Below the pieces are notes generated by a model. The model made no database searches, had not been told where the DNA came from, and worked only from the letters and a program-made list of their open reading frames with translations. Below are positions 1-12,800 of a stretch of DNA of 64,000 nt, piece after piece. Origin of the DNA: Raillietiella orientalis (lineage: Eukaryota); contig JAYWIR010000079.1 of assembly GCA_036172245.1 (NCBI GenBank), positions 248,001-312,000 of the forward strand, given 5' to 3'. How positions within the stretch are numbered: position 1 is the stretch's first letter; each line of letters opens with the position of its first letter. The position numbers and the translations under genes are program-made.

Positions 1-893
1 TCGAGGTCTTGAATCTTATGAGCATCCGAGCTGGTCCTTTAAGCACGATTCTTACCTGTCCGCTCCAGCTTATCATCTGGAATCACGAATGTTCTTCCTT
101 CCTCTGCCATCCCATTTTTCTCTGTAGCCCCCTTCATTCGTTCGCGGAAGATTCAGTCAAGATTCACAGTCCACGCCTGTTTATCTAGTGCCAAAAGAAA
201 GTGCCATCTGCAAATATTTGCGATGTGCGTCTTTCTGCATTGCTAGTACGGTACTTCCGTTCCTTGCGTACACGGTCTGGGCGTAGTGGGAAGGAGAGCA
301 GCACACGCGTACTCGCGCTCCGTGAGTACTTTAGGGATGCGGACAGGACAGTTGCATCGCTTTCCCGTTCGTAAGCAACTTTCGTCGGAGGGAAGAGCGC
401 CTAGAGCTGATCATTTTCAAGTTCGGTGGTATCAGGGTCCCCTCCAATGCCAGGAAGGTCTCTCTCTGTTTTCAAACCGGAAACCGAAGCCGTGCTTATC
501 GTGTCGAGAGACCCGAAGTGTCCGATACTCCCTTTCGCAGAGCACCGCTTATGAATGGCTGCGGTGGCGGGACGAGGCGCTTCTGACATGTCTCTGCGTG
601 GGCTCGGCTATCGGCTTTCAGAATCTGACAACTCGCTGCGTGAGTACCAGCTATCAGGTTTTGTCGTTAATTGGAAAGAGCGACTTGCAGCTGCTGCGCG
701 AGCCCTGATATGGATTCCAGTGGGTGGTCAAGCTCGTGATGAGTTCGTTCTGCTCAAGGGTTAGACAAAGGGATCGCGGAAGAAGCCCACCGTGTGAGCA
801 GCAAGCAATGGGGACAATGAAAAAGTATAGCATAAATATTTCATCAGATTTAGAATGCATCTTCATTTAGAAGTCACGAAGTTTAAATATATA

Positions 894-935
894 ATAATTC
901 TATTATTAGTGTGTATAATTCTATTATTAGTGTGT
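894..935. repeat. Tandem duplication, 2 x 21 bp (ATAATTCTATTATTAGTGTGT)
   Basis: Read directly from the sequence. Confidence 0.85.
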
Positions 936-2803
936 ATATGATGCTGACCTGATATGCTAGTGTATAGTACACCTGAGGAACACGGCTGGAGAATGCGTAT
1001 TTGCTTTCTATCCCAAGGGGACATGCATTCTAGACGTGTTGTAGTAATATTTAACTTGAAATAATTGCTACGTTAAATACTATAAAAGAACATTTCCACT
1101 TTGTAGTTGACATATCACGGGCATTATTCCCACAGCTTTCTGCAGCCCTCAAGAGATTAATTTAATTTTCATATTATTTGGGAAACTTTGGGGATTTCAG
1201 AAAAATAGTGAGCACAGCCTGAGGGTATTCAGCAGACAGCTCACCACCTGGAAAATGTAGGACGGTTGCTGGTGTCTTTCTTTTTTTTCCTTTCCATTTC
1301 ATAGAGGAACATGATGATAAGGTGCAGATATTTCAACTTTCCAGTATTCAACTTCCTTATGCCACAATGAAGTGCGATAAGGGGACGCATGGTTCCAGAA
1401 ACCAGCTCCTATCCTTGTCATGTCTCCTGCACTGAAGTGAAACCGAGAAAACATGTTCACTAGCCGTATATGTATCTAGGTGATAAGGATGAGTTTCCTA
1501 TGCAGTTCTTGAGTTGGGTAGGGAAACGAAGGATCCGAGAATCTGGAGATCAGAAAAGTATCGAAGGAATTTTTGCTCATGCTTTAGAGATGTCTTTCGC
1601 AGATTAACTAATAAATCCACCTTGGTTAGGAAAGCAGAAACGAAGAGATAAAGACTTAGCTAATGATCTCAGTGGCTACCATGGCAGCAAAAGAAATAAA
1701 AACAGAGCTCATCTCTGTAAGGATTGGAGTGTTGAGTCATCATCCGTCACTTGAATGACCAGTAAACGAACGTCAAAATCTGCGACATGTCTCTAGTGAT
1801 GACGTCATAAACATGTACGAAGTTTGAAGGAACTATATGGAGTAGAAGTCCCAGCGGACCTCTAGATTTGGTCAGCAGCAGCTCAAGAAGCTTAAGGATC
1901 GGAGCAGTGCACTACTGGCACTGGAAGGAAGATGTGTTTGGCTATACGTATAGACTGCCGAGGGGCAAAGGTTTCTTCATGAGCTCTCTGTTGCTGGTCA
2001 TGTTAAACTCACAGAGGACGTATTAGCATTTGACGCGTCTAGGAAAGTTCGTGAAGAAGGCAATTTGCCCTAGAGTGGAAGCAGTGACACGAGGGTAGGG
2101 TAGATGAAATATGAGGAAGGATCAATCACTTCCCTAATTGGGAGTTCCTCACGATCCAAACTTGTGATCATGTGAGGGATCTGATCTTGCTCCCTTTTGA
2201 AACTTCATCCAAACCTGTGAGAAGCGTGCGATAGAGATGCGGATCTCCTAACGATGTGATCCGAACAAGAGAAATGGTTGAGAAGGTGTGGTTTTGTCGG
2301 TCATTTCGTCTTCTGTTCCTGTGATCGAGATCGTGATGGAGCCTTCGCATGAGTCGGGTTGTTGGTTGTTGCATGGCAACGCGGGACAAAAGAAGCAAAT
2401 GAAGACATCAGTTTGCACATGATGGTTAAATGAGTGTGGACAGAGTGGAAGCGGTAAGAGGACTGAAGAAATGAGAAAGGGAGACAGGGGATGGAGTGCT
2501 CGGATCCCAAGCTGGCTAAGGGGACAGGATAGTCCGAGGTCTAGATTGGGCGAAAAGGGCGATTGAAGCATGCAGAATTCAGGTGACTCTTTTCTTTGCA
2601 TACAGCCGAGATATCCTTTTTTACTCTTTCCAGAATTCGTAGGGCGAGGTCATTCGTTTTTTGCATGCTTAGTGACTGTCATATTCTGCAGTCTTGTGTA
2701 TCAGGAAAATCTCTTTGGGGGAGAGACAGCGTGAGGGTTCCTGAGGCAGCAGCAGCTTCATTTTCTTCAATTTTCCTGCGATATGTTTATTCTACAAAAA
2801 GAT

Positions 2804-3033
2804 ATGCTCAGATGTACTGGTTGCCACCGCTCGCCAACGAACGGCCTTCCCTCTTCGTCTCCAAAGTCGTCGCCTCCATTTGCTCTTCTGGCCGTTTTGT
2901 TCTTAGCCACCATCACTCACATCGTCGGGGGATCTTCCGATCATCTCCATCATCTCGCTCATCTTTTGCAACATCTCGATGGCTGCCATTGCCAACGAGA
3001 GAGAAAGCTGTTTCCCGATACGACCCTTCAGAG
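2804..3033 (+). CDS. Candidate signal-peptide exon of mesh (unconfirmed)
   Basis: MLRCTGCHRSPTNGLPSSSPKSSPPFALLAVLFLATITHIVGGSS... has a hydrophobic core and ends at a donor-like AG|GTCGGT. The donor is phase 2, so it cannot join directly to the phase-1 exon at 9842; an extra exon would be needed. Confidence 0.2.
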
Positions 3034-6000
3034 GTCGGTCGGAGAATTCCATAATTCTCCTTTTTTTTTCTTACGTTTTTTCGAATTGAAATCACGTTTC
3101 AGCTTGATACCCAATCAGGCAAGCTCCTGCTGTCGGCGGGTTGATTCAAAGATTCGGCGAAAGCCTCCCTCGCATCACGTCTGGAGTGCCCCGAATTGCG
3201 GTGACGTAATCCGTCATGCGCACTTCCAGAGTATTGAGGGCATGGAAGAGGGAGTCATGGAAGTTTGCGCTGTGGCGAAAGGTCCTCCTAGATGAAAGGC
3301 TTTCAGACTTCCCTCTTCCTCTACGCTTCCTCCTCCTCGTCCAACGCTTTCCTGGATACTGAGGAGAAAGGGATTGTGGTTACCTGCATCGTGCTTTCCT
3401 CGTTTCCGTAGGGCGTAAGACGGCGGGAGGAGGAGGTGAACGAGGAAGAAAGATCCACTCTCCGGAACAGATGCGAGCTCCTCTCCAGGGGTATGGCAGA
3501 TGGATCGAGCGAAGAAATCCTCGCTCTCGGGGGAGCCGGAAAGTAGCAAACGGCGCGAAAAGGGGGAGGGAAAGAGTGTCAACGGCAGCACCGAGGAGTG
3601 GGCGCGACATTCCTTTGGAGAGCGCTGTCCTCGAAAACATCGTTGGAGCTTCTAATCTTCCAAGCCACCGTTATCTGGGACCGGAGGTATCTTCGATAAG
3701 ACACTCACGGTCTCCCCTCCTTGCACCTTTCTCGAGCAGAAGTGAGCGAGCCGGTGCGACGGGAGCCCGTTTCCAGATAGGAGGGGAAAGAGTTCCCAGA
3801 CTCACGCAAAGGAAAGCAAGCTCCGAGGAACTCGTCTTAATGCTCTGTAGTCCGCCGAAAAGGTCCTCCTCCTCCTTCTTCGTCCCCTCGCCTGCATGAT
3901 GGCAACGTCACGGCGTTTTTCCCTGGAAGTGGCCCTCCTGCTCTCCTCCTTGTGTTGCACCGCAGCCGCCTCGAACAGCCTCTCGGTGAAAGACAGTAAC
4001 GGGGACTCCCGATCTCACCAGCTGGTGGTGAGCAACACCAAGGAACGAAGACTCAGGGACCAAAATTACGGTTAGAGGGGTTTTCTTCCCACCTGTGTCC
4101 GGGGAAGGGACATTGGGAGGCTGGGCTGAGAGCGGAAGAGAACCAGCGAGCCCCTTCCCTCCTCCTCCGTGAGCGCGCGCGCTTTCGCTCCTCCTTGGAA
4201 CAGACTCGGGAGCAGCGACAAAGAGGGGGAAAAGTGGTGGCATAGGACATGAGTCGTGGAGTCCGATCCTCCGCCTTCATCCGCTTCAAAGAATTTATTC
4301 CTCCCTCTTCTGTGTAACTCGTATGGGGGGCGAAGGGAAGGAGTAAGGTACAGGATGGCGTTCCTAGAGGAACTTCCAGGAACTCGAGATAAAAGACAGG
4401 CTCCCTGTGCGCCTTTTTTTCCTGCCGCTTCAGACGGCCTTGAGAGCGCGGCGTCGCCCCGGCCTACGGAACACCGACTTTCCTCCGCCTGAAAGACGGC
4501 GAAGGGGACAATGGCAATGATGACCGCCTCCAGAGACACCACACCACTAGGAGGGATTCTCCGATCCGAAGGTGGCACAGAAAATCACTCGGGAACGTGC
4601 ACGATGGGGGAACTTGGGAGCCGGTCGCGGACTTGCGAGCTGGACTCTTCGTTCAAGAGGGTTGTCAGGGGAGATCCAGGGGCCTCGGACGAGAGAGGGG
4701 TTGGTCCGAAAGCTTTTCCTTGTGGAGCATGGACTCCAAGGGAGGTTCGGGAGCTTCCTCTCTCCTCTAGTTTGCGCGCGAGCCCTCTGGCGTTTTTTCC
4801 CCTTTTCCGTTTCCGGTGCTTCGTCCCCTCTTCGGAGACGAGGAGACGCTCTTTCGCCCGAAAGGAGAGCGGCAGACGCGTTTGGACCGAGGAGGGCGAA
4901 AGCCCGAGCTGCACTGAACTCTGGGACATAGTCAAAGAAGGCTGCGCTCTTCGGAGTTCCAGCTTCTTTCCTCCCGACCAGCATCCGCATTTGGAGGGAG
5001 GTGTGGGACACTCTCCAGCAAGCACGCCTGGGTAAGGACAGGCGGCAGGGAGCAGTATTTCCAGCTTCCCAGTGCTTCCCAAGGAAGCTTCGCAGCAGTG
5101 AGGTCCCGTTAGTGGAGTGGGGGGTGGGGTGAGGGGAGGAGGTGGGGTAGGAGCGGGACCTCATTCCTTTCGAGTAGCAATGTGGCTCGCGCGCCACCCG
5201 AACGTCTGTCCACATTGCTCGCTGTCTCCTTCGTTCCTCCTTTCCCCTTTCTCTCTTTTGCACTCCTGGTCTCCAGGGGAAGATAAGAGGAGATGCCTTT
5301 CCGGGAAAACTGAGGGAGAGACGGCTCCAGAGGCTGCAGAAGCAGGTTCTCCCTGAAGAGCGAAAAGAGGAGTGGGAACTTGTCCCCGGTCCTCTTTCAG
5401 CAGGGCATTCCGCTCCGCTTCCGTTGCCTTCGGCTCGCGGAGCGAAAGAGGGGGCTGCAAGTTGCCGCAGGATGGCGCACGCTCGTCCCGAGTTCCTCCC
5501 CTCGTCGAGGCGGAGGAGGCGCAAACGTTTTGCTCCAGGTGACTCTCGCCGCTCTCTAAGGCGAAGAGGACTTAGCCCGCCGCGAGCAAACGATAAGATA
5601 AGGACACACCCACGAACTCAGAATCCCGCGTTTCCATGGCCTCCCGGAGCTCCCGGAGGAAAAGAGTGAGGGAAGGGGGAGAAGTGAGGACGCAACGTTC
5701 CCTTCGGCCCGCGTGCGTGGGAGAATCCTTGCCCACCGCTGCGGGCAGGTAGGAGATGATCCTTCCTCCCTTCGCCGATCTTCTCGGATTGAAGATTTCT
5801 CCTTCGCTCACCTTCCCGCCCACTGACGCGGAAGCGAATGCGTGGCTGCCCGCCACTCTCGCGAGCCGTTCCTTCCGGCTCCTCCCCCTCTCAGAGAGGA
5901 AGTGCTGCTCGCGTCCTCGGCTGTTGCCGCCGAGGCGCCGCATCGCGAGATAGCCACTCCCGGAGGCTGAACGGGAACGCCTTCGCTCTTCTCTTGTTGC

Positions 6001-9000
6001 GCGTCGAAGCCTTAGGTCCAACCTCAGGGCGGGCGGCTCCCTTCAGCTGCGACGCGCCGACCGGTCCGCGTCTTCGTGGGGATGTCGGGCTCGAGCGTGC
6101 ACTTTCCACCCAAGCTCCTGGCTCCCCAGAACCGTCTCCACCAGGGAAAACTCGCGCGAGATCGTCGCCGATGCGCTCCCTTTTCCGGTGGGTTCCCGGG
6201 GAGACGACGGTCCTCTCCGGATGTCCGATGGCCTCCGGCTTCGGACAGGCGCGGCTGGCAGCCCTCGTCATCCGGATGCCCCTTGCGTATTCTCCTGAAT
6301 CTCCGGCCTCACAAACGAGGTGATCCCAGTGAAGGACTTTGCATCTCCGGAGATCAGCATCGTTCTTAGCGCCAGCGCCACGGCGCTGTCTAGAGCCTGG
6401 AGGAAATCTGGTGGAGAAAAGCCAACTCTCACATGTTTGGGCACGCTCAAATGCCTCAGCTGAAGTTCCGTTCCTTTTTTCTTGTAGGACTGGAGTCCGG
6501 AGGGACTAATGAGAGCATCTTTTAGCATCCCTGGCAGATGCCTCTTTTGCAAGGGAGGAAGGGGGGTTTCCAATGTGACGGACAAATCAAGAAATCTCAG
6601 AGGACATTGAGCATGCACCGTCATGACAGGGTGGATAGGGATCCTAGGCTGGATTCCAGGCATCTAATTGATGAAGAGTTCATGTAAGAAAGGATAACAA
6701 TCAGAGCACGGACAAACACGTACACCGTACATTCGTCCAGTAAGCGTACAATTTAGGGGAATACGCTGAATACGTTTAGGAAGGTAGTCTCTTTACACTA
6801 CGATGTATTTCTGCTTGCAGCAAGTTTCCAAGCTTTCCCAATGACGCTTTGAGGGATAGCATGGTTTCCACGGCAACTCCTAGCCATATCTAACCTTTTC
6901 CTCCTTCCATCAGACCTGTGGCAAAGTGCTCTTCGCAGCCTGGCTCTTGCGAATCTGAGAAATCGAGGCGATGATGAGTCCCAGATGCATACGAAATGGC
7001 TCTGTGTGCCCCAAGGTCGCATCCGTCGCTGAGTTGTCTTTTCCTTCCATCGTGCGTGATATTCGCAGATGCCGCAGCTTAATTCGCAGACTTCGGAACG
7101 AAGAAAGTCCTCCAGAAAGGTGCACGAGAGTAACTACTATCCTACTCTTATCCTGATGACATTCATGTTTTCTTGGACTCCCCAAGTGCCCAGGATCACT
7201 TTCGGATCAGATGTAGTCTTGAGGTAGTTCAGCAAGCAAGTGTTGTTGTTCCTTCTTCTCTGGTGGTAGCTGCCAGGGAGGGAACATCCGATGTTGGTGT
7301 TGGGGCATCAGGTGTACTGCAAACGGGTTTGCTTTCCCCCTGGAGGCATTTCCGTGCTTCTGGCTTCCAGCAGTGACTGAGTCAGCTTGTCTGGCTCTTT
7401 GTCGTGGAGGGAAGGGAGGTAAAAACCGTGACCGAGCGCGACCAGAAGATAGTAAAGACAATTCAGATCTCTCAAGCACGAGTCTAGATCCCCTGAAAAT
7501 TCCTTAGTGGGCTCCCAGTTCGCTCACTAGAGCGTGCGCAAGAGCGCTCACCATCATGAGCAAAACTCCTGCGTACAACGTTCGCCTTAAACGACCCTTC
7601 CTGCGAGCTCATTCCATGGTGCTCCTTTATGAGCAGGGAATTCATCCTGCTCCTTGACCTGCAAGAAATGGGAATGAGTGATGATGGTTTTCGTCATTCT
7701 GGTGTTTACGAATGGCAAACATCCTGATAGGAGGCTCGGATTCTTAGGAAGGGCAACTCTGAGTCCATCCTAATCTTTGGTGCCTGCGAGCTGCAGAGCA
7801 AACAATCTCCTGCTCTCATTTTCTCGTGAAGACGCAGGGTGTCCACGTTCCTTTTCCACGCACCAAGAGGCAGAAGAGAGCTAAGCCCACCGGGCTGTTT
7901 TTCTTAGCGCTTTTGCGGCTCGACAAGCTGCACTCAGCCCACTCAACCCTCGGGCAAGCCACCTCCTCTCTATGATCCGTCGCTGAAGTCAGGTGCCATT
8001 GAATTCCCTCTTCTCCCTGCAGGAGCGCACGAAGCATTGCCGTTTTCTCCAAGAAAAGCTCCACAAGTTGACAAGAACTGGCTGGCCACTTCCGCTAGTT
8101 TAACGCGTTTTTCCTTTAACTGGTGAGTCTGAGAAAGTTGCTTCTAGAAGACGCCGCGGCTAATAAGAAAGTGACAGCATCACAAGAAGGCTTCACAGAG
8201 CTGGGCTGGCTCACAGCGTTCCTCTTGAAACGAGTAAGCATGACAGCTGTGAAACCGACCGCGCAGCAGATTCAGCAGGGCCACCTGCGTTGACCATTCT
8301 TGGATGCTAATTATTTCGCACTGATCACCCCAGTGGCTGTTCGGGACAGCGTTCGCGCATTGTCCCTGAAGTTTCCTCCACGAGATGGACCACCTGCTCC
8401 CACCCATCCGTATTGGCGTGACCTTTTTCTGTGCCTTACCATCCTGCTACAAGCCACCTACCGTTGAGGACACATAACGTGCGCACGTGTGGATAGAAGG
8501 ACGTTCCTTATTGGTCGATGCAAACACAAGTACAGCTTTTGCGCTATCGAAGAAAACAAAATCCCAGAGATGGAGCTTCTTTGCGGAAGTAGAGAGTATT
8601 CTGGAAGTACAATACAGAAGTTCCTGCACGCCATTTCCCACAGAAGGGATGCTCATTTCGAAACCGCTGATCCACGCGCCACAGAAACTGCGCTATCGCC
8701 GGTTCTGCGCATGATCACGGAGCGCCAAAATAATACCATCGTAGGATTAGGAACCTAGAGAAGGCAAACAAATGCTGAGAAATGCACGTGACACCAGCAG
8801 GCCCTGATTTTGTATAATGTCGCGTCGTCTAGACTCATCATCTACGGCTTTTGTATCCCGACTAAGGACCAGTAAGGATTCAGCTGAATCCATGCTTTAT
8901 CTACCGAGAAAGTCATCGAAATCATTTCGGCCAGAAGTTTCGAACAACTGGCAGCGTTCTCTTACAAGGTAAAACGTAAAACACGGTATCGGTAACCTTG

Positions 9001-9841
9001 GCAACGGAGAGACGGGAGCTGATGTAGGTTCGCAGTGATTTTTTGTATCTCGGACTGCAATCCGAAGCTATTCAGGGAGTCACTTCTTGTCGTCAGCATC
9101 ATATTCTATTTATTTGTTGAAGTGGGATATGAATTCATTGATGAAGCTTTTTGAGGGAAAGCTCCCAGTTATCAGTGGCGGCGGTTATACAGGAATTCCC
9201 GAAGCAGATATGCTAACCGCTGCCCTAATCTCACAGATAAGTGTCACTGATAAGCCACGTATCACCCGTTTTGACGCCGAGGGCATCTCACGGGGAGGGG
9301 ATGTTTACAGAGCAAACGCGCACTCTGCGGGCGTTCTGGTGGGTTCTCTCCCTGCTTCGCAAAGAGCGAGCTGCGTAGTGCTTGCAGAAATGCGTGTTGC
9401 TCTGGGCACGGAAAAGGGGGGAGGGCTCCCGGCTTGTTCGGATAGGGTCATGTTGAGCGCAACGCCTTAGTAAAATGCCGAACAGGAGGATTGAAATGGA
9501 CGGGCGTGCCTGCTAGAGACAGGCACGACCTCTTCCTCCCGAGCCAATAGATGGGTTGCCGCGCCCATGCTTACGAGGACACGTCGCGGCGCACGGAACG
9601 AGGGACCTCCCTCCGCCCCTTTCCCCTAGATGTGCTCTCGGTCGCCTTAGGAGCGGGCGGGAATCGTACCCGAGGGAGGACGGAAACTTCGCTGCTAAGC
9701 TCCAAGAGACCCGACGACGATTTTAGGGGGGGATGGGGGAGGGGAGTAGTAGAGAAGCTCGCTTTTTCTCTCCGTTCTGGAAGGCATCCTCTTTTCCGAC
9801 CCCACCTGCCCATCAGCGAAGGGCCCTTCCCTCCCTTCCAG

Positions 9842-12800
9842 ATCCCATGTTCTCCCGGGTAGCTCCTGTGCGGGACGACAAGGAAGTGTACAGGATAACA
9901 GAAGAGAGGCTGCGGTTGATCCGGGAGCCCTTGATGTACCCCTACTTCGACGGGGGCGAGCATGCCGAACTCGATCCGTCCAACATCCCGCAGAACGACT
10001 ACCAGGAACACATCAATGTGGGGGCCACGATGCTCAACAAGCAGCTGAACTTCAGGTTCCCGTTCTTCGGGATGGCCTACAACTACACCTGGGTATGGAG
10101 ATAGGGAACGGGATCGGATGCTGGAGAGCGGACACGGGGCATGGGAATGGGTTTGCCTTGTCAACCGCTGGACTCCCTGCAGATCTCCATCAATGGCTAC
10201 GTGGGATTTAGTGACAACCCAATCTACGTGGCCGCCTACCCCCTTCAGTTCCCGCAGCCCGAATGGCCCCGAATCCATGACCCCTCCTTCATCGGGCCGT
10301 TCTACAGTGAGATCAGCGTCGGTGCTCTCCGTGGAGACGAGATCGACAAGAGGAAACCTGGAGTGTACTTCCGGTAGACTGCCTTTCCTCGTTCCACGAC
10401 CCCGTGCACTTTTCCTGCTCTTCTGCAGTGTGGAAAGAGACCTCAACTCCCGCACTGACCAGTTCGGAGTGGAGCTCCGTGAGCGCCTCAAGTGGGACAT
10501 CCGAGAAGGCATCGTGGGCAGCTCGGTGTTCAGGCCTCAGCACTGCTTCATCGTCACCTGGAAGAACGTCAGCTTCGTTGGAGGGCAGAAGCCCTACTCC
10601 CTCTTAAAGGTACCTGCCTCCGTCCCATCCTTCCCTCCTCTTCCCTCCACGGAAACGAACCGTCCCTGGGGAACGGACCAAAGATGTTTGAGAAGGGAGT
10701 TGCCCCCTCCTGCGGAGCCTGCTCGTCTACTTTCTGAAGAGTTTCTCCTTTTCCTTCCAGACCAACACATTCCAGCTGGTAATAGCGACCGACGAGATCA
10801 CCTCGTACGCCATTTTCAACTACGAGTACCTGGGATGGACGGCCCACACCGGTGCAGGAGGTGATCCCGTGGAGGGGCTTGGAGGAACACCTGCCTTTGT
10901 AAGTGCTCGGGCCCATAGTGGGCCAAAGAGAAAATGTGACGGAACGAGAAGCCACTTCCTTTCCTCCCAGGTTGGCTTCAATGCGGGAAACGGGACAAAG
11001 GCCTTCGAGTACGTGCCTTACTCCCAGCAGATGAAAATCCGGGACCTGCCCAACGCCGGAAACACCAACGACAAGGCTGGGAGACACATTTTCCGGATTG
11101 ACGAGAGGATTCTTCGTGGAACGTGCAACCCGTATCCCGGTAACGAGGCCCCCTGCCAAGCCAGACTCGAATGCATCCTTCTCCTCCCTCTCTCTCTTCC
11201 TTTCCGGGCCCTTCACCTCTTTCCACCGAGCAGAGGGAACGAATCTACCCCTAGTGTTCGCCCCGGAGAAGGGCAACATGCTGGGCGGCCAGATGGTGAA
11301 TTTCACGGGCGTCTGTCTGCTTCCAAAGGACCGCGTGGTGTGCCGCTTTGACAGCTGGACCGTGGAAGGAATCGTCCTGGGACCGAACAAGGGGATGTGC
11401 ATCACTCCCCTAATGACTACATCGGGCTACGTAGTCTTCGCCATCTCCATCAACGGTGGACCCTTCCACTGGAGAGGTTACTACTTCGTTGGTAGGTTCC
11501 TCCCAGCCGGGAAGGGAGGAGGCTGTGTGCGCGTGGGCAGTAGGCTAGAAGGGACCTCCCTCCAGAGACCCCGGACACAGCACCTGAGGGCGTTTGGTTT
11601 GAGAACCACGACTGGCAGCTTCCCCACGTGGATGTCCTCAGCATCAAGTGGGACGCGCGCAACTTGTCACTCAATGCTCAGCATATGGTGCAGATCTCCT
11701 TGTGGGGGTACAAGGAGACCCAGATCGATCCCCAGTTCCTGTACATCGATGAGCTGGTGGTCAGTTTCTGCCTCTTCTTCTCTTCTGCTTCTTCTTCTCT
11801 TCATCTTCTCGGAGGAAGAGATCGACTTTTTTTCGTCCCCCTATCCAGGAGAGCACCCCCAACACCGGCTCTTACGATTTGACTCTTGCTGACTACAAGC
11901 ACCGGAGGAACCACAACTTGACCGAACTTAAGTTGGGCATGATCATGGTCAACCTGACCGATTCCGCTTCGTCGATCGGCCTCAAGTACTCTCCGTAAGA
12001 GACCCCTATCTAAGCCTCCCTCTGGAGTCGGTCTGAACGTTCGTCCTTTCACAGGAAAGTCTGGAGCCGTCCCGTTCCCTTAGCGTGGTACTTCAAGGAT
12101 CAATGGCAGGCGCAATACGGCAGCAAGTGGTCCCATCAGCTGTGCTTCGACTGGGTCTGGAAGGATAAGAGGATGAAGCAGTTCGCCCACGACGTAAGGA
12201 TGGGATGAGAGAGGGGGGGAAAGGGGGGGGAGAAATTTCCTCTTCCGTCTGCTGCTGAGTGGCCTCGCGTACTTCTCCAATCTCGTCAATTTCCTCTTTC
12301 TCCGATGAGGAGGTGTCGGGGCCGTAGCGACACGCCCGCGTTGGCGACTGCGTGGCACCAGGCGTTGTGGGTTCAAATCCCACCCGAGAGAATGGTTGCA
12401 TCATGGGTTCCGAGTTCCCCATCCGCCCAGAGGATGGCACTGGTTGGCCTACGGATTTCGAGTCCTTTCGGGAGCGGTGCTGGTGGGATGCACGTGCGCG
12501 TTGAGAACCGTCCGTCCCCGTCGACTGGCCAGGATTGGGACTTCGAATCCCAGCCAGTCCCCAGGATCCTTCCAGCATCCACGGAACCAGTCCCCTTCTA
12601 CGCTCTCTTCTAGTTGTGAGAATGAAATCAACCCCTCCCCTCCTCCTCATGGGAACCCTCCACAGATTTCATGGAGTTGGTTACCCCCTTCGGAGGGTCC
12701 CTCTCCAGAGAGGCTTTCCCGGAAGCCGCTTCCGGGAAAGCCCTTCAAAGGAGTGCTTGAGAAGCGGTTTCCTTGAGGGTTTCTTCCAAAGAAGGGATAA

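Noticed and set aside
3130..6400. Many overlapping long ORFs on both strands (e.g. 4547-5524 -, 325 aa) suggesting a nested gene
   Set aside because: Arg/Pro/Ser/Gly-rich translations in all frames, no recognisable domain and no consistent splice chain; this is expected in GC-rich non-coding DNA. A lineage-specific gene cannot be fully excluded without RNA data.
9571..11405. Long minus-strand ORFs (313 aa and 278 aa) over mesh exons
   Set aside because: Antisense shadows of high-GC3 coding exons.
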